Source of the DNA: an uncultured Ignavibacteriales bacterium
Lineage (GTDB): Bacteria > Bacteroidota > Ignavibacteria > Ignavibacteriales > Melioribacteraceae
Direction: 5' to 3'
Assembly: GCA_963710615.1 (NCBI GenBank)
Contig: CAVQBF010000002.1
Coordinates: 180,221-244,220 of the forward strand
Length of the DNA: 64,000 bases
A program made the translations under genes and the position numbers. Positions 40,907 to 50,298 of this stretch are shown here, piece by piece (the stretch's first letter is position 1; each line of letters begins with the position of its first letter). Below the pieces are notes generated by a model, which ran no database searches, was not told the DNA's origin, and worked only from the letters and a program-made list of their open reading frames with translations.

Positions 40907-42604
40907 ATGGATATTCAAAACAAAACGGTTTTAATACTTGGGGCGTGGGGATTAGTTGGAAATGCTGTTACTAGAAAAATACTGACCGAAAATCCTAAGA
41001 ATATTATTGTTACATCATTAAAAAAAGAAGAAGCCGAATCCTATGCACTAAAACTTAGTAAAGAATTCCCGGATTTACCTGAAGGTTACTTTATTCCTTG
41101 GTGGGGAAATATTTTTGTAAGAGAAGAGTTTAAGGATATGGATAGGTTTGATATATTGAATGACCCTGAGAAAAGAAGAATTTTAATGAGAGATGTAATG
41201 GAAGAGATGACGCCTGATGTGCTTCAAGCATCAGCGCTTTATAAATTAATTGAGAAATATCAACCTGACATTGTAATTGACAGCATTAATTCAGCGACAG
41301 GTATTGCCTATCAAGATATTTATACAACGTATAACAAACTTAAAAATACAATAAATTCGAATTCATCCAGAGAGAATTTGGCTGCTGAAACGGAAAAACT
41401 GCTATGTACACAATATATTCCTCAATTAATACGCCATATCCAGATTTTATATAATTCTATGAACATTGCAAAAACTGATATTTATGTAAAAGTAGGTACT
41501 AGTGGAACAGGTGGAATGGGTTTGAATATTCCCTACACACATAGTGAAGAAAAGCCTTCAAGAGTTTTACTTAGTAAATCCTCGGTTGCTGGTGCTCATA
41601 CAATGTTGCTCTTTTTAATGGGAAGAACACCTGAAGGTGCAATAACAAAAGAAATAAAACCAACCGGAGCAATTGCATGGAAAAGAATTACTTATGATGA
41701 AATTACAAAAAGAGGAAAATCTATTGATCTGGTTGAGCCTTCATTGGATAATTTAATTAAGTTGGAAGATAAACTCAATTTACAACTAAATGAACCATAT
41801 AAAACAACAGGTGAAAAACTTAAATCAGTATTTATTGACACAGGTGAAAATGGTACTTTTTCTCGAGGTGAATTTGAAGCTATTTCTGCTCAAGGTCAAA
41901 TGGAATATGTTACTCCCGAAGAAATTGCAGATAATGTAATTTATGAGATCAAAGGAGGTAATACTGGGCACGATATAATTAATGCATTGGATAATGCAAG
42001 TTTGGGTCCAACTTACAGAGCAGGGTACTTACAACATACTGCAGTTGAAAAACTTAAAGAACTGGAAGAACTGCATGGAGTTAATAGTGTTGCTTTTGAA
42101 TTGCTTGGCCCACCAAGATTATCAAAACTATTACATGAACTAAACCTGATTAAGCTTGTTGCAGGCACAATGGAAAATATTGTTACCTCTGAAGCATCTC
42201 AACTTTCAACGGATGTTTATAATCTTTTACTTGAAAATGAAAAATTACGAAGTGAAATTATCTCAATTGGAATACCGATTTTAATGGCTGACGGTAAATC
42301 ACTACTCAGAGGAAATGAGATGAAGATCCCTCCATTTCGGGGAGAAAATGAACTTGAAGTTACAAATCAAAATATTGATATTTGGGCGCATGATGGCTGG
42401 GTTGATCTGAGGATTGAAAATATGAAGTTCTGGCAAAAAAGAATTCAAGCAATTATGGATGAAGCAAACAAAATAGCCGAAGATGATACAAGCTCACTTC
42501 ATGTAAGAACCAAACGATATTGGAATAATTATAAACAAATTGATATTGGAAAAGTAGTTAGCTGGATCTTCATTCATGAAGAAAAAGGGAAGAGAATGAA
42601 ATAG
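40907..42604 (+). CDS. large NAD(P)-binding Rossmann-fold protein, family not recognised
   Basis: 565-aa ORF with RBS AAAGAGG and the N-terminal fingerprint VLILGAWGLVGNAV. The remainder is not assignable by eye. Confidence 0.6.
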   Translation: MDIQNKTVLILGAWGLVGNAVTRKILTENPKNIIVTSLKKEEAESYALKLSKEFPDLPEGYFIPWWGNIFVREEFKDMDRFDILNDPEKRRILMRDVMEEMTPDVLQASALYKLIEKYQPDIVIDSINSATGIAYQDIYTTYNKLKNTINSNSSRENLAAETEKLLCTQYIPQLIRHIQILYNSMNIAKTDIYVKVGTSGTGGMGLNIPYTHSEEKPSRVLLSKSSVAGAHTMLLFLMGRTPEGAITKEIKPTGAIAWKRITYDEITKRGKSIDLVEPSLDNLIKLEDKLNLQLNEPYKTTGEKLKSVFIDTGENGTFSRGEFEAISAQGQMEYVTPEEIADNVIYEIKGGNTGHDIINALDNASLGPTYRAGYLQHTAVEKLKELEELHGVNSVAFELLGPPRLSKLLHELNLIKLVAGTMENIVTSEASQLSTDVYNLLLENEKLRSEIISIGIPILMADGKSLLRGNEMKIPPFRGENELEVTNQNIDIWAHDGWVDLRIENMKFWQKRIQAIMDEANKIAEDDTSSLHVRTKRYWNNYKQIDIGKVVSWIFIHEEKGKRMK

Positions 42605-42611
42605 TTAGAAT

Positions 42612-43532
42612 ATGAAAAAAAAAATTAATAATATGACTAAAGACCACCTAAGAATTGTTGTAACCGATTCAGGCTTAGGTGGTCTTTCTGTTCAAGCAAA
42701 ACTTGATAAAAAATTAAGAAATGAAATAAACCCTCAGAATGTTGAACTCATATATTTCAATTCTTTCGCTGGCGATGGTTTGGGTTACAATGAAGTTTCG
42801 AGTTTTGATGAAAAAATCAAAATTTTTGAATCAGCACTTTCAAGTATTTCAAATTTTGAACCGGATATAATTTTAATTGCATGCAACACACTCTCAGCAA
42901 TTTATCCATATACTAAATTTGCAAAAACTAATGAAATTAGTGTATTTGGAATAATTGATTTGGGGGTTGAATTAATAATCGAAAGTACAGATAATTCGAA
43001 AGAAAGCAAAATTCTTCTTATTGGGACTGAGACAACGATAAACTCGCATCAATATCAAAATCAACTTATTTCTAAAGGTGTTGACACTAGGAAGATTTTT
43101 TCTCAAGGATTTAGATACTTGGAGGATGAAATACAAATTGACTATAAAAGCGAAAAAGTAGAATCAATTATAACAAAAAATTTTAATTCTGCATTACAAA
43201 ATATGAGTTTAAAAAGTAACGAAGAATTAATTCTTGTTCTTTGTTGTACTCATTATGGTTATAGTGAAAATTTGTTCAGAGATGTTGTAGCCAAAAAGAT
43301 TGTAAACAATTTAATAATTCTAAATCCTAATGATAAAATGGTGGAAGTGGCTGCAGATTTAGTCCCAACTACTAACAGCAAATTAAGTTCGGTTAGAAAT
43401 GAGGTTTTTTCAAGAGTAAAATTAAAAGAGTATCAGATTGAAAAACTTGGAAAACTTCTTCAGAAAGACTCTATTGATCTAGCAAGAGCATTGAAGAATT
43501 ACACCTATGATAAAAATCTTTTTACTTTCTGA
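42612..43532 (+). CDS. divergent glutamate-racemase-like protein (Asp/Glu racemase fold)
   Basis: 306-aa ORF with DSGLGGLS, IACNTLSA and CCTHYGY (both catalytic Cys motifs). The conserved D-x-A-R-x-P-YG loop is replaced by NSFAGDGLGYNE. Alternative in-frame start at 42633. Confidence 0.75.
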   Translation: MKKKINNMTKDHLRIVVTDSGLGGLSVQAKLDKKLRNEINPQNVELIYFNSFAGDGLGYNEVSSFDEKIKIFESALSSISNFEPDIILIACNTLSAIYPYTKFAKTNEISVFGIIDLGVELIIESTDNSKESKILLIGTETTINSHQYQNQLISKGVDTRKIFSQGFRYLEDEIQIDYKSEKVESIITKNFNSALQNMSLKSNEELILVLCCTHYGYSENLFRDVVAKKIVNNLIILNPNDKMVEVAADLVPTTNSKLSSVRNEVFSRVKLKEYQIEKLGKLLQKDSIDLARALKNYTYDKNLFTF

Positions 43533-43573
43533 AGAATTCCCAAAATTGATTAGTGGTTCCTTGCCAAAAATAA

Positions 43574-44278
43574 TTAAAAATTTGGGGTAAGCTTTTTACC
43601 TTTATGGAATTTATATATAATTTCCGCTACTTCATTAGGCTCATCGGTTATCGTCATTAAATCCAAGTCTTCTGGACTTATATAACCGTTTTTGAGCTGA
43701 TGTTCTTTCATCCAATCGATTAACGGTTCCCAGAATTCTTTTCCAACCAGCACAATAGGGAATTTGTCAGTTTTGCCTGTTTGAATTAATGTTAGCACTT
43801 CAAAACCTTCATCAACCGTTCCAAAACCACCCGGCATTAATACATAACCTTGGGCATATTTAAAGAACATAAGTTTGCGTACAAAAAAGTAACGGAAATT
43901 TAATAGTTTATCGGGATCAATATAAGGATTTGCACCTTGTTCATGAGGTAATTCGATATTTATTCCGGTTGAGCTTCCGCCCGCTTCCATAGCTCCTTTA
44001 TTTCCTGCTTCCATTATTCCTGGACCGCCACCGGTTGTTATTCCAAAACCTTTTTTAACTAAAGCCTTAGCTACTTCTTCTGTCAGTTTGTAATATTTTT
44101 CTTCTGGTTTTGTCCTTGCTGATCCAAATATTAAAACACTGGGTTTAATTTTTGCCATCGTCTCAAAACCTTCAACAAACTCCGACATTATTCTAAAAAT
44201 ACGCCAAAGGTCTTCTTGCGAATTTTGTAATCTTTCTTCAATTTCTTCGTGATTATTATTCCCACTATTATTTTCCAT
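43574..44278 (-). CDS. LOG-family (TIGR00730) nucleotide phosphoribohydrolase
   Basis: 234-aa ORF with GGGPGIMEA and PGGFGTVDE motifs. Confidence 0.88.
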   Translation of the reverse strand: MENNSGNNNHEEIEERLQNSQEDLWRIFRIMSEFVEGFETMAKIKPSVLIFGSARTKPEEKYYKLTEEVAKALVKKGFGITTGGGPGIMEAGNKGAMEAGGSSTGINIELPHEQGANPYIDPDKLLNFRYFFVRKLMFFKYAQGYVLMPGGFGTVDEGFEVLTLIQTGKTDKFPIVLVGKEFWEPLIDWMKEHQLKNGYISPEDLDLMTITDEPNEVAEIIYKFHKGKKLTPNF

Positions 44279-44394
44279 ACAAATCTCCTTAGTTCAATAA
44301 TATAAATATTCTGATATTGGTTGAACAAAATAATATTTATTTTGATAAAAATTATATATTGATCCGTAAATTAAAACTAATATCTTCTTATATT

Positions 44395-45199
44395 ATGACC
44401 CGTTTTTAATAATTATAACAATTTAAAAGAAATAGAAAGCTACATTCAAAATAGCGAAGATATAATTGGTGATATTCAATATCTGCATGAATTTTACAGT
44501 ATTAATCTGAAAAATGAACGTGATATAATTATTTGGTTACCACCGTCATATCAATTTTCCAGGAAGAACTATCCAGTTCTTTATATGCAAGACGGACAGA
44601 ATCTTTTTGATCCGAACACATCTTTTATCGGCTATGATTGGAAAGTAGACGAAGTGGTAAATGAGATGATTGTTGATAAAAAAATAGAAGAAATAATTGT
44701 CGTTGGAATTTATAACACAAAAGATAGAATTGAGGAATATAATTATTTTACGGAGAAGGGGAAAAAATACGCTAATTTTCTAATAAGGGAGCTAAAACCA
44801 TTTATTGATGAAAATTTCCGCACTATTTCTAAAGCTTCTCAAAATGCATTAATGGGTTCATCGATGGGTGGATTAATATCTTTCCAGTTGTTTTGGAACT
44901 TTCCTAAAATATTTGGTAAAGCTGCTTGCCTCTCAAATTCTTTCTGGGTTAACGATAGAAAAATATTTAGTATGGTTAAAGAAGTAAGCAATGAATTTAA
45001 TGAGAAGAATAGATTGTATATTGATTGCGGCACAGGGGAGAAAGAATTATTAGGCGATTATAAAAAAATGACAGCTTTAATTAAGTCATTATCTACAAAC
45101 GATAAAAATTTCTTGCATCATTTGGAAGAAGGGAGCAGACATACTGAATATGATTGGGCTCAGAGACTACACATTCCGTTGAAATTTCTTTTCGGTTAA
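44395..45199 (+). pseudogene. esterase (putative esterase / enterochelin-esterase-like alpha/beta hydrolase) with a 1-nt frame break in a T5 run just after the start codon
   Basis: The track ORF starts at an internal Met (PVLYMQDGQNLFD). Conserved upstream sequence (DIIIWLPPSYQFSRKNYPVLY) is open in frame back to 44399 without a start. The ATG at 44395 joins this frame if the T5 run at 44403-44407 is T4. GxSxG is GSSMGG. Confidence 0.7.
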
Positions 45200-45275
45200 A
45201 GCCAATCATAAAATATAGTGCCTTGATATAAATATTTTGTTTTAGTAAGATTACTTCTAACAATTTCTTACCGTT

Positions 45276-46052
45276 ATGCGAAAACATTTAATCATTTTAT
45301 TTCCCATAATATTCTTAATCGGTTGCACACCTGCTAAATTTGTAACTAAAAAGATTATACTTCCAATAACCTTAAAATCTCCAAATCTTTGGACGTTAGA
45401 AGACTGCAATAAAATTATTGATTATTACACTGTCTCAAATTTTGCAAGTAATCTTTTTAACAATTCCCCAATGAGGCAAGATGTTTTTATTCGGGCGATG
45501 CCTTTTAATAAAAATACAGTCATTGCATTAACTAAAAAAGAAATAATTGAAAAAAGATTGCCTGAAGGTAATTTTATTCCAATTCTTAAAGAAAATTTAG
45601 AGGTATATACAAATTTCACTTATAATATGTTTAGCAACAAAATAGTGGAACAAGACACCAATTACTCAAAAGGATATTCATTTAAAGTATTTTTAGAAAA
45701 CACAACAGATCCGTTTGAACCAATATTTTTAGAAGACGGTTATTCATACTTCTTCTTAGAAAATATGAGCGGAAGTTTTAGTCGTGTTGTTGAAGTTACT
45801 GGGTTATATGCTGAAGATTATATTCAGTTGGATGGCTATTTGAATGTTATAATCACATTTTCACCCTTTTCGGCTGATGGGAAAAGGCTATTTAATAACA
45901 AGGATTTAAACGAAAGTTATCGATTAGTTTTTAATGGTTTGCAAAAAGATCCAATAACTAATTCAGTGGAATTTGAATTAAATAATTATATAAATAATCA
46001 TTTGCCAGGCACTATAAAGTACCCGGCAAATTATAAAATTAAACTAGTTTAA
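45276..46052 (+). CDS. lipoprotein of unknown function
   Basis: 258-aa ORF with a signal peptide and lipobox FLIGC. Confidence 0.6.
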   Translation: MRKHLIILFPIIFLIGCTPAKFVTKKIILPITLKSPNLWTLEDCNKIIDYYTVSNFASNLFNNSPMRQDVFIRAMPFNKNTVIALTKKEIIEKRLPEGNFIPILKENLEVYTNFTYNMFSNKIVEQDTNYSKGYSFKVFLENTTDPFEPIFLEDGYSYFFLENMSGSFSRVVEVTGLYAEDYIQLDGYLNVIITFSPFSADGKRLFNNKDLNESYRLVFNGLQKDPITNSVEFELNNYINNHLPGTIKYPANYKIKLV

Positions 46053-47915
46053 CTTATTAAGTTCAACTTCAAGTTTATCAACAAGTTTACCAAATTCTTC
46101 AATCACAGCATTCATTGTCTCCGGTTTGGTTAAATCAACCCCTGCTAATTTTAGTTGTTCCATTGGGTAATTATTCCCCCCTGATTTTAGAAGTTCTAAA
46201 TAGTTTTCAACTATTTCACCTCGTTCCGATTCAGGAGCTTTCATCATATCATTGTATATTTTTGCAGATGATACGAAGCAAGTAGCATACTGATAAACAT
46301 AAAATGGCGATCTGTACATATGTGGTATTCTTGCCCAAACTGATTTCAAAAATTCATCTTTTTCTTGAGAATCGCCATAATAAATATCGTACAGTTCTTC
46401 CATAATGCTATCAAGCACATTGGCAGTAATTGGTTTGCCCTCTTCTACCATTTGGTGAACTTGAAGTTCAAAATCAGCAAGTAATGTTTGAAAATAAAAA
46501 GTTCCTGTAATTCCTCTGATAGCTTGTTGCAGCAAAGCAATTCTTTCTTTAGGATCTTCTGTTTTTTCTAAAAAGTAATCAAGTAATAATCTTTCATTAA
46601 ATGTCGATGCAACCTCAGCAACAAAAATTGTATAGCTAGAAGTTGAAAACGGCTGATTTTCTTGTGCAAGAAGAGTATGCATTGTATGTCCAAGTTCGTG
46701 TCCTAGTGTAAAAACCGCATCAATAGTTTCGTTGTAGTTTAGAAGCATATAAGGATGAACTCCATAAACTCCTGCTGAATATGCCCCGGATCGTTTACCC
46801 GGATTTTCATAAACATCTAGCCATCCTCCGGCTAAAGCAGTATTTAGTTTCGATTGGTATTCTTCCCCAAGCGGTTTTACAGAAGCTAAGACCAATTTTG
46901 TAGCGTCATCATATTTATATGTTTTATCAGAATCAATTAAGGATATTGAGCCATCATAGCTATAATATTTTTCTAATCCCAAAGCTTTTTTTCTTAATTC
47001 ATTATACTTTTTAAGAGGAGCAGTATTTGCTTTTACATTATTTACTAAATTTGTGTAAACTTCAATTGGAATATTATTGCTTTCAAGATAAGATTCTAAA
47101 CTTGAATTATAATTTCTTGCTCTTGCTGAAGCCCAATCCTTCTTACAAACTGCATCATATATTGAAGCATATGTATTTTTAAAGTCTGTATAGGTTCCGT
47201 AATGTGCTTCAAAAATAGCTTTTCTATCTTCTTGATTTTGATTTGTTGCTAATACTTTACTGTAATTGCCATTTGTAGCTTTAACTTTTTCACCATTGCT
47301 AAGTTCAACTTCAGGAAAATCTACATCGGTAGTTGAAATGCTTGTGTAAATATCTCTTGGTGTTCCGTTAAATTGACTAAAATAAGAAAGCAGTGTTTCT
47401 TTATCTTCATCTAAAACATGCTTTTGCTGACGGTATAAATCTTCAATACCAAAACGATAAGGATCTAATTCCGAATTATTATTCAACCATTTTTCCATTG
47501 TTTCCCAAGGGATTTCAAGAATTTCCGGGTTTACCCAAGAGGTTGCTGTGCCAAATTTCGCAAATACAATCTGTACCTGTTGTAATTTTGATGCCGCATC
47601 TTGATTTCGTGTATCTGTATCTAAAGTTAATTGAGGATAGCGGTAAACTTTGTATGAAAGAATTCCAATTTCATCTTCAAGTTTTTTTGCAGCAATTAGG
47701 TTTTGTACATCTTCTTTCAACTTGCCTTTAAAAGTGAGAATGGTTTCCATTTTGGCTTCCATTTCTTTTAAGCCGGCTTCCCATTCATCCCAACTGGCAT
47801 ATATTGCATTTAAATCCCACTTAAATTTTTCTGGTATTTCTTCGCGTGTTTCAAAATTTGTTTGAGCCATAAGTGTTGCACCTAATAATAATAGAATAAG
47901 AATTTTTAAGGACAT
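46044..47915 (-). CDS. pepF: secreted M3B oligoendopeptidase F family metallopeptidase
   Basis: 623-aa ORF with a signal peptide and zinc motif HELGHTMH. Confidence 0.88.
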   Translation of the reverse strand: MSLKILILLLLGATLMAQTNFETREEIPEKFKWDLNAIYASWDEWEAGLKEMEAKMETILTFKGKLKEDVQNLIAAKKLEDEIGILSYKVYRYPQLTLDTDTRNQDAASKLQQVQIVFAKFGTATSWVNPEILEIPWETMEKWLNNNSELDPYRFGIEDLYRQQKHVLDEDKETLLSYFSQFNGTPRDIYTSISTTDVDFPEVELSNGEKVKATNGNYSKVLATNQNQEDRKAIFEAHYGTYTDFKNTYASIYDAVCKKDWASARARNYNSSLESYLESNNIPIEVYTNLVNNVKANTAPLKKYNELRKKALGLEKYYSYDGSISLIDSDKTYKYDDATKLVLASVKPLGEEYQSKLNTALAGGWLDVYENPGKRSGAYSAGVYGVHPYMLLNYNETIDAVFTLGHELGHTMHTLLAQENQPFSTSSYTIFVAEVASTFNERLLLDYFLEKTEDPKERIALLQQAIRGITGTFYFQTLLADFELQVHQMVEEGKPITANVLDSIMEELYDIYYGDSQEKDEFLKSVWARIPHMYRSPFYVYQYATCFVSSAKIYNDMMKAPESERGEIVENYLELLKSGGNNYPMEQLKLAGVDLTKPETMNAVIEEFGKLVDKLEVELNKLN

Positions 47916-48002
47916 AAAATCTCCGTTTGTTTGATTTCAAGTTAAAATTAATAATTGATAAATACTATGATATTAATTTGACGTAAAAAATAATAATTTG
48001 TT

Positions 48003-48557
48003 CTAAAAATAAATGAAAAGAAATACTAGAGGAATTAAAATTCCAATTAGAACAAACCACTTTCCTCTGCCGGATAAACCTTTTTTTCCCTTTATCATAA
48101 AAATACCGGTTGCAGCGAGGAAAATTAATGCAATGGCAAAAAGATCGGCAATCCATGTCCATAACTTCTTAGGGTGATTTAAGTGAAGAAAATTTGTTTC
48201 TCTAATTATTGATCTGCTTTCTACCGTTTCTAAAATTATAATCTCTTTTCTAAAGTTTGCGGAGAGTGTTTTTCCCTCAAAGAAAATATCTATTGTAGAA
48301 GGACTTGATCTAAAGTAACTTTTTACCGTATCATTTATTGAAAAGTTCTCTCTTAAAGATTCTGTGATAGCTTCAGAATTCATTGTGGAATCAATTCCGG
48401 AAGGAATTGAAAGTGTATCTTTGGTAATTATGTAATTTGGATTCCAATCGCTGACGTGATTAACCGCAATGCCGGAAATAGAATAAATTATTGTTAATCC
48501 AAAAGCTACATAGCCGACATCTCTGTGAAGAAGTCTGATGAGTTTGCGTATTTTCAT
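48003..48557 (-). CDS. PepSY-associated TM helix-type membrane protein
   Basis: A start at ATG 48557 (MKIRKLIRLLHRDVGY) is preferred, because the upstream part of the track ORF is occupied by a terminator hairpin. N- and C-terminal TM helices. Confidence 0.65.
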   Translation of the reverse strand: MKIRKLIRLLHRDVGYVAFGLTIIYSISGIAVNHVSDWNPNYIITKDTLSIPSGIDSTMNSEAITESLRENFSINDTVKSYFRSSPSTIDIFFEGKTLSANFRKEIIILETVESRSIIRETNFLHLNHPKKLWTWIADLFAIALIFLAATGIFMIKGKKGLSGRGKWFVLIGILIPLVFLFIYF

Positions 48558-48571
48558 AAATTTTCGTTCAA

Positions 48572-48600
48572 CAAAAAAGAAGCCATCCTTTTGAGATGGC
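48572..48600 (-). terminator. possible intrinsic terminator/attenuator between the DUF4920 gene and the PepSY-TM gene
   Basis: Minus strand GCCATC tcaaaag GATGGC followed by TTCTTTTTTG. Confidence 0.45.
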
Positions 48601-48629
48601 ATTCTTAACAAATTTATTAAATCATTTGA

Positions 48630-49100
48630 TTACTGAATTACGGCGCCAAGACCTTTAATCATGTAAACTTTTTTAGTGGTTTTTTCATGCTCACATTTGT
48701 GGTCTTCACCTTTTTCACTTTCTTTATGTTCGTCAGCGCAATCGCCACCGCAGCCTTCGCCTTCAGTAACTATTGAGTAAACTTCGCCTTCCACTAAAGC
48801 GTTTTTCCCTTTTGCTTCCATAGGGAAAACAATTTCACCGTCGTTAACTTTAATTTTAATCTTCTCAAATTCTTTATCACCGCTTATATCCATCCAGCAG
48901 CCTCTTTTTGCACAAACACCAACCACTGTTCCTTCAACCAAGACTTTTTTGCCGACAAAACTTTCAGCATCAGCCAAAATCTCAGAAATTGTTGTTTTTT
49001 GTTCAAGAGTAATTTCAGCGCCATATTTTTTTGCTTCTTCTGCGATATTAATTATTGACAAAAATGCCAAAAGTGTAAGGATTATAAATATTTTTTTCAT
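48630..49100 (-). CDS. secreted DUF4920-like protein with a Cys/His/Glu-rich C-terminal tail
   Basis: 156-aa ORF with a signal peptide, a VCAKRGCWMD motif, and the tail EGEGCGGDCADEHKESEKGEDHKCEHEK. Confidence 0.65.
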   Translation of the reverse strand: MKKIFIILTLLAFLSIINIAEEAKKYGAEITLEQKTTISEILADAESFVGKKVLVEGTVVGVCAKRGCWMDISGDKEFEKIKIKVNDGEIVFPMEAKGKNALVEGEVYSIVTEGEGCGGDCADEHKESEKGEDHKCEHEKTTKKVYMIKGLGAVIQ

Positions 49101-49403
49101 TTTACTATTTCCGTTTAGTTTTTAAAATCTTATTATATAATTTAGTTTTGAGATTAGAATTTTTCAAGGAATTTCGTCGATTCCAAAATTTGATTTCTTG
49201 ATTCAATTAAATACTCCTAAAAAAACTGTAAATATCATGAAACAAAATTATCTAAGTATTTTTGCTTTACTCTAATTTTCCTTTCAGTGTTTGGCTGTAA
49301 ATCAGTTCAAATAATGAAATTGTGGAAATCTGTACCAAATTCTCTTGAAGAAAATTGAAAAATTAAAACCGCCAAAGCTTAATAAGGTGAGATACTATCG
49401 GTC

Positions 49404-50297
49404 TTGATTGCTCCCGGAAGTTACATTACTCAATCTCAACTTGATGAATCAATTAAAAATTTTGAAGATTTGGGCTACAAAGTAAAATACAGTAAAAATA
49501 TTCTTAGTAAGTACGGATACCTTGCCGGATTTGATTCTGAAAGAGTAGAAGATATTCACTCAATGTTTGCCGATAAAGAAGTTAATGCAATAGTTGCAGT
49601 AAGAGGCGGTTATGGGTGTGCACGACTTCTCCCAATTCTTAATTATGAGTTAATTAAATCAAATCCCAAAATATTAATTGGATATAGTGATATAACATCA
49701 TTGCTTTATGGAATTTATGAAAAAGCCGGCTTAGTATGTTTTCACGGTCCTGTTGGAACTTCTACTTTTAATGAATATTCCGTAAATCATTTTAATAATA
49801 TTTTGGCGGAACCTAAACCAAATTATGAAATGAAAAATTTACCGGAAGACGAAGACCAGCTTTTTGTAATTAATGAAGGTGTTGCAGAAGGTGAATTAGT
49901 TGGCGGAAATCTTTCTATTGTTGTTTCAATGATTGGAACAGAATACGATATCGATTCCAAGGATAAAATTATATTCTTGGAAGAAATCGGTGAAGAACCC
50001 TACCGGATTGACAGAATGCTTACCCAAATGAGACAAAGTGGAAAGTTTGATGGCTGCAAAGGTTTAGCTCTTGGTGTTTTTGAAAGATGCGAGGCAAGGG
50101 AAAGAGACCCTGAATTTCCCCGATCTCTAACTCTCAAGCAAGTTCTTCAAGATCGTTTAGGTGATTTAGGGATTCCAGTAATATATGGACTTTCTTTTGG
50201 ACATATTACAAATAAATTCACTTTACCATTTGGAATAAAAGCGAAATTGGATACATACAATAAGCGGCTCACACTATTAGAAGAAGCAGTTAAATAA
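49404..50297 (+). CDS. ldcA: LD-carboxypeptidase (peptidase S66, LdcA family); the 5-prime end appears disrupted
   Basis: 297-aa ORF with the Ser nucleophile context GYSDITSL. The family-typical N-terminus (KLKPPKLNK-GEILSVLIAPGS) and a lipoprotein-like leader are split over two frames upstream (49237-49403). Confidence 0.85.
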   Translation: MIAPGSYITQSQLDESIKNFEDLGYKVKYSKNILSKYGYLAGFDSERVEDIHSMFADKEVNAIVAVRGGYGCARLLPILNYELIKSNPKILIGYSDITSLLYGIYEKAGLVCFHGPVGTSTFNEYSVNHFNNILAEPKPNYEMKNLPEDEDQLFVINEGVAEGELVGGNLSIVVSMIGTEYDIDSKDKIIFLEEIGEEPYRIDRMLTQMRQSGKFDGCKGLALGVFERCEARERDPEFPRSLTLKQVLQDRLGDLGIPVIYGLSFGHITNKFTLPFGIKAKLDTYNKRLTLLEEAVK

Positions 50298-50298
50298 T

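Noticed and set aside
47393-47865. Plus-strand ORFs 47393-47731 and 47650-47865.
   Set aside because: They are antisense inside the M3B peptidase gene.
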